The notes under the pieces were generated by a model. That model was not told the origin of the DNA, did not search any database, and saw only the letters and a program-made list of their open reading frames with translations. The position numbers and the translations under genes were made by a program. Shown one piece after another: positions 8,584-16,627 of a stretch of 64,000 bases of DNA (the stretch's first letter is position 1; every line of letters begins with the position of its first letter). The stretch comes from a virus (taxonomy: Duplodnaviria; Caudoviricetes). The stretch spans positions 1,932 to 65,931 of IMG/VR virus record IMGVR_UViG_3300036985_005808; one strand, 5' to 3'.

Positions 8584-11500
8584 TTACATTGCATTGCTCA
8601 GTATTTTCTGTTGTATATCATTGGATGTTTGTTGCAATCTGGTCATCTGTCCCATAAAATTCGCCATGGTTACCATCTGGTCGGCAAACTGCTGATCGGC
8701 GGCATCGCCCTTCTCAGTGATGCCACCGGCTGTAATACGTTTGAAGGCTTCTGCCATGGTTGCTTGTAATTCAGCCACAACATCTTTGAGAGCAGTTGCG
8801 GTGTCAACCCCACTTGATTCTTTAAGTTCCTTGACCATTCTACCTATTTCTTCACCAGGAATTGATGCTTTGGCACCAGGAATGCCTGCTGCCTCTAAAG
8901 TGGTAACTCCAACTTTTGCCGCTCCTAAGTCATATGTTGTTCCCACGCCTGAATTTAAGATTTGTTTCCAGGTAGCTGGATCCGTTATTATTTGAGTTGC
9001 TTTGTCAAATGCTCCCAATTCAGCTGCAATATCTTTAAGTACCTTTAGATTAGTGGTCAACGGCCCCTGATTAATACCAGTCCACTCGTTGGCTCCGAAG
9101 GCTGTCATCCCCATGCCTCCTTCACCAGCACCCATACCATTGGCAAATTTGCCGCCTTCGTTATAGTCTGCATTATTTAAACTTATTGTTTGCACAACTT
9201 TATCTATTGCAGATGTATAACCAGACACTCCATCAACTAAATTCCCAGTTGACTCTGCCATATCTTTAAACATTTTTACAAAATCGCCAGACCCGTTTTG
9301 CATAGGGATAACTGCTTCTTTACCATGTAAGGTTGCAGGATATCCAGTTTCAGGACCATCAACTTGTATTCCTTCTTTGGCCGTAATTCGGCCACCTTCA
9401 TTCTTGGCTGCACTAAAATGCATGGCATCCTTGATACTATTCCAGTCACCGCCCCACCCTAACCCTAGAGATGATGCTACTTGTCTAATACCTTCAGGCA
9501 TATCAGTAACTAATGTACTTCCCATTGGATTTGCCGCTGGGTTAATATCAATGGCACTACCCTTGGCATGCGCACTCTTGACCCCCGGTTGCCCACGAAC
9601 ATCACGATCAACATAGCCACCTAAACTTTGTATATCATACCCAACGCTGTCAAGGTAATCAATTAATTTTTGAAACGCTGGTACTGTGTCAGCGGCAACT
9701 GATGCACTCTTGCCACTCTTACTTGAAATTGTTCCTAATTTAGGTTTACTATCTCCGCCACCAACATTGATATCTCCCGATCCTAGCGGTGCACTTTTAC
9801 TTTGACTTCCACCGCCAAAGAAGCTTTTGATCTTGTCCGTAAAGCCACCACCCGCACCACCACCCGCACCACCACCCGCACCACCACCTACACCACCAGC
9901 TATGTTACCATTGGCCAGTTCGTCCATCTGTTTCTGCAGCATTGGAGTCTCAATCTCCATCAGTTGAGTCTTTATCTCCATATAACTCTTGAATGCCAAG
10001 CTGTATTTGTCAGCAAGATTGGCATCAATTTTTGTTGCTTTTTCTATTCTTTTGGCATCTTTCAGTGTGTTGTCCTGTAGCGTGGTATTGTCGGCAACCA
10101 ACTGTTTGTAACGCACGCTGTAATCGCCGGCACGATCCACGTCCAACGCAGTGATTTTTGACAATTGTTCAAACTTTTTCACAATACCAGCATTGATATT
10201 ACCAATGGTAGTGTCTGTGCTTGAAGTTTTATTCACGTTGCTACCAAGAGCATCCAGAGATGAATTAATTCCATCCATTACAGATTTCATTTTTGGATTG
10301 GATAATATATTACCAGCGGCTGAAGGAATGAATAATTCTGGACCTTTTTCACCCACCAGGTAAGGACTTTTTGCAGTAACGGGACCTCCTTCTGCCCTAG
10401 CCGGTGGTGCTGCTTTGTCAAAGATTGACTTTTGCCACCAGGCTTTCTCCGGTGCTGGTGCTGCTGCCGGTGCTTCTGGTGCTGCTGCCGGTGGTGGCAG
10501 CATGAAATAGGAACCAATACTTTTCATAAAATTACCAATGCCGCCATTTTCTGGTGCTGCTGCTGGTGGTGCAGGTGGTGGTGGTACAGGTGGTGGTGCA
10601 GGTGGTGGTGCAAGTTGTGCTGCTTCTACCGCCCGTGCCCGTGCCGCAGCTAGTGCATCTGACACTGGTGCCGGTGCTCCCGGTGCTGCCGGTGCTCCCG
10701 GTGCTGGTTGTGCTGCTGGTGCTGCTGGTGCTGGTTGTGCTGCTGGTGCTGCTGGTGCTGCTGGTGCTGCTGGTGCTCCCGGTGCTCCCGGTGCTGCTGG
10801 TGCTGCTGGTGCTGCTGGTGCTGCCGGTGCTCCCGGTGCTGGTTGTGCTGCTGGTGCTGCTGGTGCTGCTGGTGCTGGTTGTGCTGCTGGTGCTGCTGGT
10901 GCTGCTGGTGCTGCTGGTGCTGCTGGTGCTCCCGGTGCTGGTCGTGCTGCTGGTGCTGGTCGTGCTGCTGGTGCTGCTGGTGCTGGCAGCATGAAAAAGG
11001 ATAGAGCGTCATCCATGAATGTTTTCTGACGCTCCAGTACGTTGTCTTGTCCATGCAGCATCTTGCCTACCGAATCAGCAGATTGACCAATAATTTTGCC
11101 GCCTACATATCCCGCAGCGACACCTATTGCTCCACCAATAATCGCGGTTAGCGGAGCGGCAGGGCCGCCCAGGGCCGCACCTACGGCCAGGCCTTTAGCT
11201 CCTCCTACCACAGCTGCACCAATTTGCCCCGTTGCTTCAAAGCCGCCGGCTTTTACAAAACCTTTACTACCATCCTCTGCGGCCCCAGTAACTGCGCCTG
11301 CCACAGTGGGTCCGGTTTTTAAAAAGTCTGGTATCATTTCATAGAGCTTTTTAAAGGCCTTCCACAATTCTATTGACATCTTTTGTAGTCCTTCAAACGC
11401 CAGGCCTGCCAGGCGAGCAAACTCCATCAACTCGTGGTTCAGGTCAATTGAACCACCAAGTCGGGCCAGAGCAGCTGTTTGCTCAGCCTGAAATGCTGTA

Positions 11501-12852
11501 ATCTGCGCATCCATCAAACCAGCATAGTAGTCTGTGGTCTTACCGCCGCTCGTCATCAGCCTGTCTTGCTCTGCTTTGATCTCGATATATTTTGCCTGGA
11601 CATCACCCATTGCAAAAATTCCCAGTTTAAGCCCGTCAGCGTAGGATGTAGAAAAATTTTCCAGCTGACCTAACTGTGCCGAGAAGTTAAAGTCCTTGAC
11701 AAACTGTCCTGCTGCTTTTCCAATTTGGGTAACTGCCTGAAACTGATCAATTTGCCCATCAAGTAACTGTTGACCGCTTTTCACAATCTCGCCGTTTGTA
11801 CCTATGTAGGCTTTTTGTGCAGCTTCTGTACCTATAAATCCAGTAATGGTATCCCGAAAGCCCTGCCCCATTTCTTTGCTTTGGCTAGTGAGCATCGCAT
11901 TGACATCTATCAGTTTCTGGGCAGCAGCTTCACCTTTTGTTGCTCGCACTTCTTCAACCTTGGCACGGAATCGTTGTTCGCTGAGAGCAGATTCCCTTAT
12001 TTCTTCCGCTTCTTTGCGTGTTAATCCAGTGAGTTTGGTCAATGCATCTTGTTCAAGCAAATAGGCTCTTGCACCAGCGGTCAACTGTGCCGTGGTCATT
12101 TTTTGACTGTTGCCCAGGCGAGTTTGTAATTGTAAATAGCCCAGCGTGCCTTCAGAGACGTCAGTCATGGTCATGCCCAGACGTAAAAATTCTTGTCTAT
12201 TTCCTTGAAGGGATTGATTAAAATCAGCCATTCGGTCAAAGCCTTTACTAACCGATCCTCCAAACAATGCTAAATCTTTGCTGTTGGCCGCCACGGCTGT
12301 GACCATGCTGCCCATTTCGTCCATGGTCAGACCTAATTTTTTAGAGTTGTTGTACAATCCGTCCAGTCCAGATGCACTCAGAGCACCTGCTTTTGCTATG
12401 TCGTTGCCGCTTTTGTATAGTTTGTCGCCCAATTCATTGGCCATTTTTTGCAGTTCAACTGACGTTTCAAACGCTGACACCGCTAAGGCCGACATTCCGC
12501 CCACTACAAGTTTGATCAGTGGACCACCGGGAACCAGCAGCGTCAATGCCACTGCTGCGAATTTTGCCGCTTGTACCACGCTGTCCATTGCACCATTCAT
12601 GGCAGACGCACCTTTTGCTCCCAGCGTCATGGCCTTGGTTGCTGCCATGGCTGCGGCTTTCAAGGATATCAATACGCCACCCAGCGCATCCAAGCCAGCC
12701 GTGGCATTTTCAAATCCAAGGGTATTTTTTACCTGAGCATCAAAAGACCTTTGTTGAGTTGATGCACTGATTTCGCCATTTCTTGCCATTTCCTCGTTAA
12801 CTCGCCGAGTGATCTCAGCCAATTCTTCAAGTTCACGATTTGCATCAGTCAT
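8584..12852 (-). CDS. Tape-measure-like tail protein with Pro/Ala linker and M15 (VanY/Peptidase_M15_4-like) Zn peptidase domain
   Basis: Long Ala/Gly/Gln helical N-terminus; RAEGGPV...YLVGEKGPELFIP motif; SAHAKGSAIDIN...WGGDW..KDAMHF peptidase motifs; TATAAATA at 12877-12884. Confidence 0.8.
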   Translation of the reverse strand: MTDANRELEELAEITRRVNEEMARNGEISASTQQRSFDAQVKNTLGFENATAGLDALGGVLISLKAAAMAATKAMTLGAKGASAMNGAMDSVVQAAKFAAVALTLLVPGGPLIKLVVGGMSALAVSAFETSVELQKMANELGDKLYKSGNDIAKAGALSASGLDGLYNNSKKLGLTMDEMGSMVTAVAANSKDLALFGGSVSKGFDRMADFNQSLQGNRQEFLRLGMTMTDVSEGTLGYLQLQTRLGNSQKMTTAQLTAGARAYLLEQDALTKLTGLTRKEAEEIRESALSEQRFRAKVEEVRATKGEAAAQKLIDVNAMLTSQSKEMGQGFRDTITGFIGTEAAQKAYIGTNGEIVKSGQQLLDGQIDQFQAVTQIGKAAGQFVKDFNFSAQLGQLENFSTSYADGLKLGIFAMGDVQAKYIEIKAEQDRLMTSGGKTTDYYAGLMDAQITAFQAEQTAALARLGGSIDLNHELMEFARLAGLAFEGLQKMSIELWKAFKKLYEMIPDFLKTGPTVAGAVTGAAEDGSKGFVKAGGFEATGQIGAAVVGGAKGLAVGAALGGPAAPLTAIIGGAIGVAAGYVGGKIIGQSADSVGKMLHGQDNVLERQKTFMDDALSFFMLPAPAAPAARPAPAARPAPGAPAAPAAPAAPAAPAAQPAPAAPAAPAAQPAPGAPAAPAAPAAPAAPGAPGAPAAPAAPAAPAAQPAPAAPAAQPAPGAPAAPGAPAPVSDALAAARARAVEAAQLAPPPAPPPVPPPPAPPAAAPENGGIGNFMKSIGSYFMLPPPAAAPEAPAAAPAPEKAWWQKSIFDKAAPPARAEGGPVTAKSPYLVGEKGPELFIPSAAGNILSNPKMKSVMDGINSSLDALGSNVNKTSSTDTTIGNINAGIVKKFEQLSKITALDVDRAGDYSVRYKQLVADNTTLQDNTLKDAKRIEKATKIDANLADKYSLAFKSYMEIKTQLMEIETPMLQKQMDELANGNIAGGVGGGAGGGAGGGAGGGFTDKIKSFFGGGSQSKSAPLGSGDINVGGGDSKPKLGTISSKSGKSASVAADTVPAFQKLIDYLDSVGYDIQSLGGYVDRDVRGQPGVKSAHAKGSAIDINPAANPMGSTLVTDMPEGIRQVASSLGLGWGGDWNSIKDAMHFSAAKNEGGRITAKEGIQVDGPETGYPATLHGKEAVIPMQNGSGDFVKMFKDMAESTGNLVDGVSGYTSAIDKVVQTISLNNADYNEGGKFANGMGAGEGGMGMTAFGANEWTGINQGPLTTNLKVLKDIAAELGAFDKATQIITDPATWKQILNSGVGTTYDLGAAKVGVTTLEAAGIPGAKASIPGEEIGRMVKELKESSGVDTATALKDVVAELQATMAEAFKRITAGGITEKGDAADQQFADQMVTMANFMGQMTRLQQTSNDIQQKILSNAM
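9844..9899 (-). repeat. Gly-rich short tandem repeat (GGGAG)n within the tape measure gene
   Basis: caccacccgcaccac units of 15 nt. Confidence 0.8.
10666..10986 (-). repeat. Low-complexity tandem repeat (9-nt GGTGCTGCT-type units) encoding (PAA/PGA/QPA)n
   Basis: Directly visible repeat; generates spurious ORFs in several other frames. Confidence 0.95.
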
Positions 12853-12876
12853 AATTATTTCCCATAAGTAAACATA

Positions 12877-12884
12877 TATTTATA
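12877..12884 (-). promoter_or_regulatory. Late promoter TATAAATA in the divergent intergenic region (TAAGTA variant on + strand at 12865-12870)
   Basis: Consensus match in a 40-nt divergent gap. Confidence 0.7.
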
Positions 12885-12892
12885 GGTATAAT

Positions 12893-13735
12893 ATGTCCCA
12901 AACTTCCAATCCACTTCGTCAATTTTTTAGACAACCTGCAGTTTATATCAAATTGCCGTCTGATGGTCAATTCTGGCCTGAAAAATCTATCAGTATGACA
13001 GAAAATCGAGAATTGCCAGTTTTGCCAATGACTGCCATTGACGAAATAACCTATCGAACCCCTGACGCATTGTTCAATGGACAAGCTGTGATATCGGTCA
13101 TACAAAGTTGTATACCTGCTATCAAGAATGCATGGGATATGCCTGGCATGGATACAAACGCAGTGCTGGTGGCCATTCGTATTGCCAGTTACGGGCATGG
13201 CCTGCCTATTGTCTGCACTTGCCCTGCTTGTAAAACAGAACAACAGTATGAAATTGATCTTCGATCAGTACTGGAATCTATTCAAGCGCCAGACTACACA
13301 TTCATACTCACACATGGCGATTTGGAAATTGCATTCAAACCGGCTAACTATCAAAATCAAAACACAGCAAATCAACTGCAATTTGAAGAACAACGCAATA
13401 TTCGGTCCATACCTGAATTAGATATTCCAGACAGTGAAAAAATAAAAAAACTCAATGCTTCATTGTCAAGAATCACCGAACTCACAGTGGATGCAATGAA
13501 GTTTAACATTGACAGCATCCGCACACCTCATGCTCTGGTTACCGAATCAGAGCATATTCAAGAATTTTTAACCAACTGCGATCGAAAATTATTTGGACAG
13601 ATTCGTGATCGCGTGATTGCATTCCGAGTACAATCTGAACTTGCCCCAATCAAATTGGTGTGTGACAATTGTGCCAACGAATACGAACAAACTGTGAACT
13701 TAGATCAAACAAGTTTTTTCGAAGCCGCCTCCTAA
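12893..13735 (+). CDS. T4 gp26-like baseplate hub subunit / tail assembly chaperone
   Basis: NPLRQFFRQP...LPSDG, PMTAIDE, AIRIASYG, two CxxC pairs (CPAC, CDNC), C-terminal SFF. Confidence 0.75.
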   Translation: MSQTSNPLRQFFRQPAVYIKLPSDGQFWPEKSISMTENRELPVLPMTAIDEITYRTPDALFNGQAVISVIQSCIPAIKNAWDMPGMDTNAVLVAIRIASYGHGLPIVCTCPACKTEQQYEIDLRSVLESIQAPDYTFILTHGDLEIAFKPANYQNQNTANQLQFEEQRNIRSIPELDIPDSEKIKKLNASLSRITELTVDAMKFNIDSIRTPHALVTESEHIQEFLTNCDRKLFGQIRDRVIAFRVQSELAPIKLVCDNCANEYEQTVNLDQTSFFEAAS

Positions 13736-13950
13736 TCTCAAGTCGACAAGACGTTTCTGACTTGGTTGACCAAATGGATCAGGAGGCGGACAATCTACGT
13801 CGGCAAGGTTTACGTATGTCTTGGTACATGCGAGGTGGTGCAACATATGATGATATCATGAACATGAGTCACAGTGAACGCACCATGATTGGTGAACTGA
13901 TCAAAGACAATCTAGAAACAACCAAAACCAGCAGACTTCCATTCTTCTAA
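13714..13950 (+). CDS. gp51-like/GT-like extension, probably translated via a -1 frameshift from the upstream gene (alternative start ATG 13774)
   Basis: -1 frame open across slippery T TTT TTC (13714-13720); SWYMRGG...MNMSHSER...LPFF. Confidence 0.65.
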   Translation, partial: FFRSRLLISSRQDVSDLVDQMDQEADNLRRQGLRMSWYMRGGATYDDIMNMSHSERTMIGELIKDNLETTKTSRLPFF

Positions 13951-14453
13951 TGAATCAAACCCAAGTACATAAAGATATACTATGTTGGATTGAGACTTTT
14001 GTTGAGGTTCCTCATCTAGCACTGGGTGGGTGGCCTCCGTGTCCATTTGCCAGATCAGCTAGACTTAAAAATACAATAGCTGTGTTAGTGGGCACAGATC
14101 CATACGAAGATTTAAAAAATCGCAGCGAGCAAGGTATGGAGAATTACGAAGTTGTGGTATATGCATATGATCCTGTGGTATGGCCATATGAAATGTTTAG
14201 CAAAAGTTTAGAATCAGCCAATCATGAGTTTTTAAATCACCGTGACTTAATTGCGCTAGAAGATCATCCCAGTGACATAGAAATAGTAAACGGTATTACA
14301 ATGAATCAAGGAACATATGCTCTTGCATTGGTGCAACCACTGGCTGATCTCAATCACAAGGCAGTATCTATGGCTGCAAAAGGATTTTACAACACATGGC
14401 CTGAAGAATATTTGAAAGTGTTATTTAAACATAGAATAGATCCCAGAGCATGA
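13950..14453 (+). CDS. DUF1415-like protein
   Basis: WIETFVE...PPCPFAR and LEDHP motifs; TAATG coupling to the upstream gene. Confidence 0.5.
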   Translation: MNQTQVHKDILCWIETFVEVPHLALGGWPPCPFARSARLKNTIAVLVGTDPYEDLKNRSEQGMENYEVVVYAYDPVVWPYEMFSKSLESANHEFLNHRDLIALEDHPSDIEIVNGITMNQGTYALALVQPLADLNHKAVSMAAKGFYNTWPEEYLKVLFKHRIDPRA

Positions 14454-14881
14454 GTTATGAATACGCTAGAATTAATCTTGCTCAAACAACCTACACAGCA
14501 ACATGTGACTGGTACTATATCACTCAGCCAGATATTGCAGAGCTAAACGACATCTACCGAACGTATTGTATCTACAAACACTTTGCCAGTGTAATGCCAA
14601 TATTTGACAGTCAGTATCTTGATCCCAATACAGATGTCATTGGCTATCGTGATCAAAACAAACTTGCGGCATTTTCGTTGATTCATCGGTACGATAACAA
14701 CAATGCATTGTGTGCTCAATTTGCTTGGAACTATAAAAAGCCAAAACTACGGCTAGGAATTTCCAGTCTACAGACTGAATGCGCTATATATCGTGAGCGT
14801 GGATTTAAGTACCTATATTTAGATCAAGCACACTTATACAAACAAGGCATACAAGGCTTTGAACTACTGGGACCAATATAA
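14450..14881 (+). CDS. Aminoacyl-tRNA--protein transferase C-terminal (ATE_C/Bpt, GNAT-like) domain protein
   Basis: LRLGISSLQTECAIYRERGFKYLYLD..HLYKQGIQGFELL resembles the ATE_C signature SLG...I..A...G..Y.YLG.....YK. Confidence 0.6.
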   Translation: MSYEYARINLAQTTYTATCDWYYITQPDIAELNDIYRTYCIYKHFASVMPIFDSQYLDPNTDVIGYRDQNKLAAFSLIHRYDNNNALCAQFAWNYKKPKLRLGISSLQTECAIYRERGFKYLYLDQAHLYKQGIQGFELLGPI

Positions 14882-14882
14882 C

Positions 14883-15224
14883 ATGGCAGACTTATACACA
14901 ATTTGGGCGGACAAAGAAGGTGACCTCACTGACTTAGAATGGGTCAACGGAATGAAAAGTTTCTTTGACCATTTGAAATCTGAAGGTAAAATGGAAGACT
15001 ATCGTATCACCCGATGTAAACTGGGTTTTAGATCTATTGCAGCCATGCCTGAATGGATGATCATAATGGAATTTAAAAACATGGCTCAAATGGATGACGC
15101 ATTCAAACGTGTGGCTCCACTAGAAGGTGAACTCGAAGTCAAACACAAAAGCTTCAACCAGTTTGTTGATTGCTCAACGATTCAGCACGCCTTGTTTAGG
15201 GACTGGCCCGACACGTTCATATGA
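14883..15224 (+). CDS. DUF6614-like dimeric alpha/beta-barrel protein
   Basis: YTIWAD...DLEW...HLKSEG..YRITRCKLGF...MEFKNMAQMDDAF...ALFRDWPD; start probably ATG 14883. Confidence 0.55.
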   Translation: MADLYTIWADKEGDLTDLEWVNGMKSFFDHLKSEGKMEDYRITRCKLGFRSIAAMPEWMIIMEFKNMAQMDDAFKRVAPLEGELEVKHKSFNQFVDCSTIQHALFRDWPDTFI

Positions 15225-15763
15225 ACACCATTATCCTGTTGGCATTGCCGGATGAGGCACCGTTGTTACGACTTCATCCACTGGTGTACTACACAGGAGT
15301 TGGCAAAGTCAATGCCGCTATTCGTACCGCTCAATTGATCGAACGATATAAACCTCAACGCATTATTAATTTTGGTACTGCCGGCGGTATCACAGTGGCC
15401 TCGGGATTACACGAATGCACAAAATTTGTACAGAGAGATATCACATGTCAAGCATTGGGATGTCGTGACGGACAAACGCCATTTGAAGATGACATTATAT
15501 TACATACCGGAGTCCGCGGCCTCACATGCAGTACTGGAGATAACTTTGTTATGAACCCAGAACTTGCCATTCCAGCAGATGTTGTGGATATGGAAGCATA
15601 TTCTATTGCCAAGGCCTGTATTCGATCAGGGGTAGATTTTATGTGTTTCAAGTATGTGACTGATAGAGCAAATGAAACGGCACATGATGATTGGCATAAT
15701 TCTGTTGATTTGGGAGAAAAGTTTTTTATTTCCAAGCTGCAATCATTTGGTATTGCTGTTTGA
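15221..15763 (+). CDS. mtnN: 5'-methylthioadenosine/S-adenosylhomocysteine nucleosidase (PNP_UDP_1 family)
   Basis: TGVGKVNAA, INFGTAGG, STGDNF, VDMEAYSIA, KYVTDRA motifs. Confidence 0.88.
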   Translation: MNTIILLALPDEAPLLRLHPLVYYTGVGKVNAAIRTAQLIERYKPQRIINFGTAGGITVASGLHECTKFVQRDITCQALGCRDGQTPFEDDIILHTGVRGLTCSTGDNFVMNPELAIPADVVDMEAYSIAKACIRSGVDFMCFKYVTDRANETAHDDWHNSVDLGEKFFISKLQSFGIAV

Positions 15764-15816
15764 GAACTTCTACGAAGTTCTATTGATTCGCTTGCGCTCA
15801 TCAATTTATTTTTTTT
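15763..15816. terminator. Two adjacent hairpins plus T run at the convergence point; probable terminator of the + strand operon
   Basis: AGAACTTC-TAC-GAAGTTCT (15763-15781) and ATTGAT..CGC-TT-GCG..ATCAAT (15782-15805) followed by TTATTTTTTTT. Confidence 0.55.
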
Positions 15817-15850
15817 AGTTAATTAAGAGATGTTTAGTATTATCTAGATT

Positions 15851-16160
15851 ACTGTGGTCATAATTCACCGTATGCACGGTGAATTGAATGCATTATCTGA
15901 GTGACAGCAGTCATCTATTCTAATGAGATTGTAGTTTTCTACGCGGAGGCGGTTGACCGGTACCCCCTACTCAAGCTTCACATATCAACGGAACCCTAGT
16001 AACCCGGTATAGATCCAAGTCCTATGAGCCGGGGGTGTATCTTTTTCACAGAGCCCCGACCATTTGTTGCCTTAAGTTAGCAATTGTCTTTGACACCCAA
16101 GTCCAGACCGGGTATCTCACCGTTCTTCAATGGGGTTGAGCCAAATGCTCAACACACAGT
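15851..16160 (-). ncRNA. Candidate large structured non-coding RNA (~310 nt), family not recognised
   Basis: ORF-free, GC-richer region; closing helix ACTGTG/CACAGT plus at least seven internal stems, several containing G.U pairs that only work on the minus strand. Confidence 0.6.
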
Positions 16161-16165
16161 CGTAA

Positions 16166-16594
16166 TTAAATTTTGTTTAGGATTTGGCGGCCATGTACCC
16201 TTACCTGTATATGGCCGTTGTAATAATCTGCTGATTCCAATACCTTTCTACTGAACTGCTCGCGTGCCTCAATGTATGAGCATTCACTTTTGCTGTTGCA
16301 ATAAAAAAGTATCTCTCTGGTGAAATTGTCGGTGCCTAGTTTTTCAATGTCTGTGGATAGTTCTGCGCTGGATCCATAATATTGTTGCCAATCAGAATCA
16401 ATTTTGCTTCGTATGCGTTTTTTCTTCTTGATGCCGTTTTTTTGTTTGACTGTTCTGTAAGCGGTTTTTGAGAACTTTGCCAGTTTTTTGCCTATGTATT
16501 TGCGTCCAGTGAGATTATTTGTGATCAAGTAAACGAATCCTACACATGAGTTGGGCAATGTCTCCACTGGGGTGTTTTGATATAGCCATGTCAT
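16166..16594 (-). CDS. Small stand-alone GIY-YIG endonuclease
   Basis: GFVYLITN...KYIGKK, SDWQQYYGSS, FTREIL, YIEAREQ, YYN motifs; 142 aa, no C-terminal DNA-binding repeats. Confidence 0.85.
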   Translation of the reverse strand: MTWLYQNTPVETLPNSCVGFVYLITNNLTGRKYIGKKLAKFSKTAYRTVKQKNGIKKKKRIRSKIDSDWQQYYGSSAELSTDIEKLGTDNFTREILFYCNSKSECSYIEAREQFSRKVLESADYYNGHIQVRVHGRQILNKI

Positions 16595-16627
16595 GATGCG
16601 TTACCTGTATTATATAGTTATGCTGCC

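Noticed and set aside
10432-11054. Poly-Val/Leu, poly-Cys/Trp, poly-Gln/His and Gly/Ala ORFs
   Set aside because: Alternative-frame shadows of the Pro/Ala repeat inside the tape-measure gene
15448-15804. 118-aa minus-strand ORF leaving the structured region
   Set aside because: Antisense to mtnN and starts inside a hairpin; no coding evidence
15764-16627. Group I intron carrying the GIY-YIG gene, or tRNA/tmRNA/RNase P in the gap
   Set aside because: No interrupted host gene (flanking genes are complete and convergent, only ~33 nt upstream of the nuclease), and no recognisable P7, T-loop/CCA or GAGGAAAGUCC motifs
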